Shown here in pieces: positions 27,359 through 32,000 of a stretch of DNA of 32,000 nucleotides. The translations under genes were made by a program, and so were the position numbers. How positions within the stretch are numbered: position 1 is the stretch's first letter; each line of letters begins with the position of its first letter. The notes under the pieces are model-generated. The model was not told where the DNA came from. It worked only from the letters and a program-made list of their open reading frames with translations, and did no database searches. The DNA is from Acidihalobacter ferrooxydans (GTDB lineage: Bacteria; Pseudomonadota; Gammaproteobacteria; DSM-5130; Acidihalobacteraceae): NCBI RefSeq assembly GCF_001975725.1, contig NZ_CP019434.1, forward strand, positions 2,970,792 to 3,002,791, read 5' to 3'.

Positions 27359-28297
27359 ATGATGGATATTCTTCTAGCCAACCCCCGCGGCTTCTGTGCC
27401 GGCGTCGACCGCGCCATTGAAATCGTCGAACGCGCGCTCGAGCGCTTCGGCGCACCGATCTACGTACGGCATGAAGTCGTCCACAATCGATTCGTCGTCG
27501 ACAGCCTGCGGGACAAGGGCGCGGTTTTCGTCGAGGAATTGAACGAAGTTCCCGACCGCGCCACTGTCATATTCAGCGCGCACGGTGTGTCCCAGGCAGT
27601 CCGTCAGGAAGCCGATGCCCGCCACCTGACCGTATTCGACGCCACCTGCCCGCTGGTTACGAAAGTTCATATCGAGGTTGCGAAATACGCGCGCGAAGGT
27701 CGCGAAGCCATACTCATCGGTCACCATGGGCATCCTGAAGTGGAAGGCACGATGGGCCAGTACGACCGCAGCCACGGCGGCAACATCTATCTGGTCGAGT
27801 CGCAGGACGATGTCGCACACCTTGTTGTTCGAAACCCTGACCACCTGGCGTTCGTCACGCAAACGACCCTGTCCGTGGACGACACCTACCAGGTCATCGA
27901 CGCATTACGCAAACGCTTCCCGGCCATCGAAGGGCCACGCAAGGACGACATCTGCTACGCCACGCAAAACCGCCAGGATGCCGTGCGTAAACTAGCAGCG
28001 GATTGCGAGGTTATACTCGTCGTCGGTTCGCGCAACAGCTCCAACTCAAACCGCCTGCGCGAACTCGGGGAAAAATCAGGCATTCCAACCTACCTGATCG
28101 ACGGCCCCGTCGACATTGACGCCGCATGGCTGGATGGAGCACAGCGCGTCGGGATCACGGCAGGCGCCTCGGCTCCCGAAAAGCTTGTCAGCGATGTCAT
28201 TGCATACATCCAGACCCGTGGCGCCACCGCGATCCGCGAGCAAGACGGCCGCGCGGAAAACATCACCTTCAGCCTTCCGGCGGCATTGCGCGGCTGA
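27359..28297 (+). CDS. ispH: 4-hydroxy-3-methylbut-2-enyl diphosphate reductase (IspH/LytB)
   Basis: The ORF-track entry starts at 27278. Homology begins at [24 protein letters not shown] (ATG at 27359 or 27362). The three cluster-ligand Cys contexts are present: [16 protein letters not shown] and [10 protein letters not shown]. Confidence 0.94.
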   Translation: MMDILLANPRGFCAGVDRAIEIVERALERFGAPIYVRHEVVHNRFVVDSLRDKGAVFVEELNEVPDRATVIFSAHGVSQAVRQEADARHLTVFDATCPLVTKVHIEVAKYAREGREAILIGHHGHPEVEGTMGQYDRSHGGNIYLVESQDDVAHLVVRNPDHLAFVTQTTLSVDDTYQVIDALRKRFPAIEGPRKDDICYATQNRQDAVRKLAADCEVILVVGSRNSSNSNRLRELGEKSGIPTYLIDGPVDIDAAWLDGAQRVGITAGASAPEKLVSDVIAYIQTRGATAIREQDGRAENITFSLPAALRG

Positions 28298-28426
28298 TGC
28301 TGCTACGCACGCATTCACGCACCACCCCGGTCTGCGGTCGATTGGATCACAGGCTTTTATTAACGAAAACAGTGGGTAAACGGACAGGATTTCCCCTGAG
28401 CAGGGCTCGTGCGGCGCCCTGAGAAT

Positions 28427-28455
28427 GGTGGATGCGCTACGCTTATTCACCCTAC
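28427..28455 (+). repeat. REP core copy A
   Basis: GGTGGATGCGCTACGCTTATTCACCCTAC. Confidence 0.8.
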
Positions 28456-28602
28456 ACTCGCCTCGGATTTCGTGCCCACTCGTGTGGATGGGTCAAACAA
28501 CCATCATTCCACAAACCGGGGAACCAGAATGTCGAACATGGCGCGCATATCCACCCCACGCCCCACACCAGCTTTAGCGTGCCACAAGCACACAACGAAT
28601 CC

Positions 28603-28631
28603 GTAGGGTGGATAAGCGCAGCGCATCCACC
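28603..28631 (-). repeat. REP core copy B (inverted relative to A)
   Basis: GTAGGGTGGATAAGCGCAGCGCATCCACC, with internal stems GGTGGAT/ATCCACC and GCGC/GCGC. Confidence 0.8.
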
Positions 28632-28737
28632 GAAAAAGGCTGGCAAGACTCCAAGGTCTGGGAATGGCGAAGACGCCGCGTTGAACCACCCTAAACCTCA
28701 CACCGGCTTTAGCGCGCCACAAGGCCACAACGAATCC

Positions 28738-28767
28738 GTAGGGTGGATAAGCGACAGCGCATCCACC
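28738..28767 (-). repeat. REP core copy C
   Basis: GTAGGGTGGATAAGCGACAGCGCATCCACC, a 1-nt insertion relative to copy B. Confidence 0.8.
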
Positions 28768-28801
28768 GAAAAAGGCTGGCGTAACTCCAGTGCCTGGGAA
28801 T

Positions 28802-28830
28802 GGTGGATGCGCTGCGCTTATCCACCCTAC
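28802..28830 (+). repeat. REP core copy D (inverted relative to C, 34 nt away)
   Basis: GGTGGATGCGCTGCGCTTATCCACCCTAC. Confidence 0.8.
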
Positions 28831-28930
28831 ACTCGCCTCAGACTTCGTGCTTGGCTCGTGTGGATGGGTCAAGCAAACAGCATTCCGCAGACCGGGAACC
28901 CGATGCGCTGCGCGCCCCGCTCTGCGTTGT

Positions 28931-29431
28931 TCACTGCCAGCATTGCGCCGCCGGCAACGGGCCGCTCACCTGTTTTTCCCCCAGCGAATTCAGCGTGAAG
29001 GTGCCGCAGGCGTCATGGGCCTGCGGGCCGGTGGGTATGGGCGTGGCGGAAAGCGTGAAGAACGTCGTGGTGCTGGCCGGATGCTGCACCAGTGTCACAT
29101 TGTAAAGGGGCGTGCCCTGGGCGGGCACGTTGATTCCCGTCGAGGCATAGCCGAGATAGGTCAGGCTGGTCGCGTACACGTTGTTGGTCGAATAATACCG
29201 TTGCTCGCGGCTGGCGATGTTCAAAAGCGCCGTCTTCGCCGTCGTCCGATGCGCCTGACGCACATAGTTGGTGTACATAGGATACGCAATCGCCGCGATG
29301 ATCCCGGCGATCACCACCGTGATCATGAGCTCGATGAGCGTGAAGCCGAGTTGCCCACCACACCGGGAAGGCCAAGCCCTGACCTGCCGTGATGCATACT
29401 CGCTATTTTGCGCTGATCGTTCATGTCGCAT
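28931..29431 (-). CDS. pilE: Type IV pilin-like protein, PilE family (minor pilin)
   Basis: 166-aa ORF with the prepilin cleavage/methylation motif G|FTLIELMITVVIAGIIAAIAYPMY and a C-terminal disulfide context (CGTFTLNSLGEKQ...CWQ). From memory this resembles P. aeruginosa PilE. The ATG overlaps the upstream stop in a TAATG junction. Confidence 0.85.
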   Translation of the reverse strand: MRHERSAQNSEYASRQVRAWPSRCGGQLGFTLIELMITVVIAGIIAAIAYPMYTNYVRQAHRTTAKTALLNIASREQRYYSTNNVYATSLTYLGYASTGINVPAQGTPLYNVTLVQHPASTTTFFTLSATPIPTGPQAHDACGTFTLNSLGEKQVSGPLPAAQCWQ

Positions 29432-29706
29432 TACGGCGAACCCTTCTGCCCGACTGATCGGCCGGCATGAAAGTCGGATTTCGCCCGCAAGCGCTCCAAC
29501 TGTGCCTTCGACACATACTGCCCCCTATCCGGGCCGGTCAGTATTCGACCGTTGTCGAGATCGACCAAAGCGCCATTGTGCAATTGTGCGGTCGGCACGG
29601 CATAGCTGGCCTGCGCCGCTCCAGGAGCGACCAGCAACCCGCTCAAGACAAAGCAGGCGATCAACGATGCCGCCATGACACGGCCTGCACGTACGTGTTT
29701 CAACAT
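29431..29706 (-). CDS. Small secreted hypothetical protein in the PilY2 position
   Basis: The ORF-track entry starts at the GTG at 29733. GGAGGA (29713-29718) is 6 nt from the ATG at 29706, giving MLKHVRAGRVMAASLIACFVLSGLLVAPGAAQA|SY, a classic Sec signal peptide. I recognise no family. Confidence 0.55.
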   Translation of the reverse strand: MLKHVRAGRVMAASLIACFVLSGLLVAPGAAQASYAVPTAQLHNGALVDLDNGRILTGPDRGQYVSKAQLERLRAKSDFHAGRSVGQKGSP

Positions 29707-29729
29707 ACTCATTCCTCCGCAATCCAGTC

Positions 29730-32000
29730 TCACCGGATTTCAAGCCAGTTGACACGCCCGGATTTCAATCCAGCCTTTTCCTTGACCGTCTTGATGTTGG
29801 AGTTCGATTGCGAGACAAGCTTCACCGAACCAACACCATTCTTATTGCCATTGACCGGCAACACAACTGCGCCGGATGAATACGTATTACCCATGGATAC
29901 GCCCACTGGATTCTCTGGCTGGCCATTGACCTGGACCTGATCCGCCGAGTTGATGGACCCATCGTTGTTCAAATCCAGCATGGGCGAATTGAATGCGCCG
30001 CCGGTCGCGAAATTGACGGCCATCAGCCAGCTTTGCAAACCGCCGCCACAGACATTGCTCGCGGGTACGTTGGTGGTAAACACCACCTCGCCCGCGAAAA
30101 CCGCGGGATTGGTGATGACCCGCTCACCCGATGATGGCAGGTTCATGTACCACCCATCTTTGTTGGCAAAATTCACGGGATGAGTCGTGTCCGTGCGTAC
30201 ATTTTCGCTCACCGAATTTCCGCTGCTGTCCGTGTACGTGTAGGTTTGCTGGGCCAGGGTCTGCTGCACCAGATTGGCTGGTGTCAGCCACAACGGACTG
30301 CTTGGAATCGTGGTGACAGCCGAGTTGATGCCATCATCCAGTACGCCGTAAAAGGACTGTGTCTGGGTATTCGTGATATCGGGACTACCCAGAAACTGAC
30401 CGGTACCAAAATAGACCATGAATCCGTTCGTCCCGGTCGGGGCTTTCGAAACCGCAGGGGCGGTGGTGATCGGCTGAGCATAGGTGCTGGGAAGCGTCCC
30501 ACCAACGGCCTTGAACAACACCCGTGCCGTCCAGTTTGCCGGATCGGGCGAAGACATATCGAATCGCCACAGGTTGCCTTGCAGATCGCCGGCATAAGCG
30601 CGATCGGCGATGCCGTTGCCCTGGGTGGAGATAACCGTGGGCGTCGACAGACCATTGGCCTGCAGCGGCGAACAGGCCAGCGTTTCAAGGCCGGTCGTCG
30701 GCGAGCACAGGTCGAAGGTGTGGATCAATGCGCCGGTCTGCGCATTGACGACGTATAGATAAGGATAGCCGTTGTCGTTGTTGTAGCCTGATCCGAAAAC
30801 AACCACGCCGGTCGGGGTCGGCACGCCATTCCCGTTGTCAATATCCATCACCGCCACCTGCGGCGCGCTGTAAGTCAGGCCAAGATGCGAAAAGCCGGAG
30901 GTGCTGTTCGTGATATTCCACAACACCTGGCCCGCCATCGCGCTGGCCGGAGAGGTCGATGCTGCCGTAGCCGCCGAGATCACTGAGACCGGATTCGTCA
31001 CATCGAGCGCATAGATGCCCTGGCCACCGGCGTCGAGGCCACCGGCGAGCACGGTATGCCATGTCACGGCGGTGGAGGTGCTGTTCCAGAACGGGACATC
31101 CGCCGCACTCGGAGGCCCGTCCACGTAAAAGCGGTGGTTGGCGTTATAGGAGGGCTGCGACAGATTGGCCAGATCGTGGTAAACCCCGTCCGGCACATAG
31201 GCGAATTCCGGCGCGCCCGTAGCAGCGTCGATGCCGTACAACATGCCGCTGTTGCCACCCGTGTAAAGCATGGGTGTGCGGCCCGCATTATTGCTTGCAA
31301 AGCTCGTATAAGCTGTGGCAGCCAGCGTGTATTGGCCAATCGTGGCGCTGCTCGCCCCGCCCGGCGCCGAAATCGGCATTGAGGATTGTGGCGCTCCCAG
31401 GTAAATCGGCGCGCTGTCGACGATATCGCCCATCAGCGACGAGCGGTTCCTGAAGGGGCCGCCATTGGCCTGATCCAGGCTCTGATTGCCGCGCAGGAAA
31501 TTGACGACTGCTCGCCCGTATTTCCATTTATGACCGCCGAAGAAAGTCGATTGTTGTGTGCTGGTCAAGGTATTCCAGTACTGTTTCAGCAGCGTTTTCT
31601 GGCTGGTATCGAGTTGCCCCCACTTGAACGGGATGCCGCTGTTGCTGCTCGGATTCCAGCTGATGGTGGGAAAGGCCTGCCAGCCGGTCCCCGCCAGGGC
31701 GCTGTCAAGCTGCGGGCCGGCCTGCCATACCGCGTTGGAACTGGCGGTGTTGACCGTGGCATTCGAACTGATCGGAAAGGCGTAAAGATTGCCCGTCCAA
31801 TCGCCATAGGGGTTGCTCTGCGAGGTGAATCGCGCCTGGAAGACGCGCGTGTTGCTCTGCACACTGCCCGAATTCACCGCCACCGCAGTGGTCGACATAT
31901 TGGCCGCCTGAATCTGGCCGAAAATTGCCTGCATGTCCTGCACTACCGCCGCGGCGCTGGTGCCTGCGAAATAATTGCTCGTGCCGCCAGCGATCGCCAT
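29730..32000 (-). CDS. pilY1: PilY1/PilC-family type IV pilus tip adhesin / biogenesis protein; N-terminus outside the window
   Basis: The frame is open to the right edge (756 aa visible). It has the PilY1 C-terminal propeller signature GDLQGNLWRFDMS, an EF-hand-like loop DLNNDGSINSAD, and lies upstream of pilE. Confidence 0.88.
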   Translation of the reverse strand: MAIAGGTSNYFAGTSAAAVVQDMQAIFGQIQAANMSTTAVAVNSGSVQSNTRVFQARFTSQSNPYGDWTGNLYAFPISSNATVNTASSNAVWQAGPQLDSALAGTGWQAFPTISWNPSSNSGIPFKWGQLDTSQKTLLKQYWNTLTSTQQSTFFGGHKWKYGRAVVNFLRGNQSLDQANGGPFRNRSSLMGDIVDSAPIYLGAPQSSMPISAPGGASSATIGQYTLAATAYTSFASNNAGRTPMLYTGGNSGMLYGIDAATGAPEFAYVPDGVYHDLANLSQPSYNANHRFYVDGPPSAADVPFWNSTSTAVTWHTVLAGGLDAGGQGIYALDVTNPVSVISAATAASTSPASAMAGQVLWNITNSTSGFSHLGLTYSAPQVAVMDIDNGNGVPTPTGVVVFGSGYNNDNGYPYLYVVNAQTGALIHTFDLCSPTTGLETLACSPLQANGLSTPTVISTQGNGIADRAYAGDLQGNLWRFDMSSPDPANWTARVLFKAVGGTLPSTYAQPITTAPAVSKAPTGTNGFMVYFGTGQFLGSPDITNTQTQSFYGVLDDGINSAVTTIPSSPLWLTPANLVQQTLAQQTYTYTDSSGNSVSENVRTDTTHPVNFANKDGWYMNLPSSGERVITNPAVFAGEVVFTTNVPASNVCGGGLQSWLMAVNFATGGAFNSPMLDLNNDGSINSADQVQVNGQPENPVGVSMGNTYSSGAVVLPVNGNKNGVGSVKLVSQSNSNIKTVKEKAGLKSGRVNWLEIR

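Larger units (their letters stand above)
28419..28900. repeat. Cluster of REP-like palindromic elements (BIME-like) filling the ispH/pilE convergent gap
   Basis: Four copies of a roughly 29-nt imperfect palindrome are embedded in two larger unit types. Type I is at 28419-28525 and 28794-28900. Type II is at 28564-28667 and 28699-28803. The arrangement is I-II-II-I. Confidence 0.85.

Noticed and set aside
28419-28900. Possible CRISPR array, given the regularly spaced repeats.
   Set aside because: The repeats occur in both orientations, the 'spacers' are themselves repeated (type I and type II units), only four copies are present and there are no cas genes. This is REP/BIME architecture, not CRISPR.
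28432-28998. ORFs reading through the repeat cluster (28432..28998 plus strand, 188 aa; 28504..28872 minus strand, 122 aa; 28452..28646 minus strand).
   Set aside because: Their peptides (for example VGWISAAHPP and WWMRCAYPPY) are just translations of the REP palindromes repeated in both orientations. They have no ribosome-binding site and are typical spurious REP-spanning ORFs.

Overview
This window is mostly a core, highly conserved translation/transcription super-locus of a moderately GC-rich proteobacterium, and almost all of it is transcribed on the minus strand. In transcription order (right to left) it holds: tRNA-Thr(UGU), tRNA-Tyr, tRNA-Gly, tRNA-Thr(GGU) and tufB; tRNA-Trp, secE and nusG; rplK-rplA-rplJ-rplL; rpoB-rpoC; rpsL-rpsG-fusA-tufA; and the S10/spc ribosomal-protein genes rpsJ through rplF, which is cut by the left edge. 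To the right of this block are a Prx6-type peroxiredoxin (-), ispH (+), a roughly 480-bp cluster of REP-like palindromic repeats, and the distal end of a type IV pilus minor-pilin operon on the minus strand. That operon end comprises pilY1 (N-terminus outside the window), a small secreted ORF and pilE. I found no CRISPR array, transposase, integrase, toxin-antitoxin pair or recognisable defence or biosynthetic island, so I cannot honestly claim a novel multi-gene system here. The most unusual item is a 52-bp patch in tufA with 7 substitutions, 6 of them amino-acid changes in the invariant [10 protein letters not shown] region, inside a gene that is otherwise almost identical to tufB. Other items worth a second look are: a consensus sigma70 promoter that fires straight into a terminator-like hairpin ahead of rpsL; a perfect GC palindrome that abuts the rpsJ ribosome-binding site; the REP/BIME-like repeat cluster; the 482-bp gap between the peroxiredoxin gene and ispH; and details of the pilus genes. 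Many ORF-track entries carry false N-terminal extensions, and I trimmed these to the conserved N-termini.
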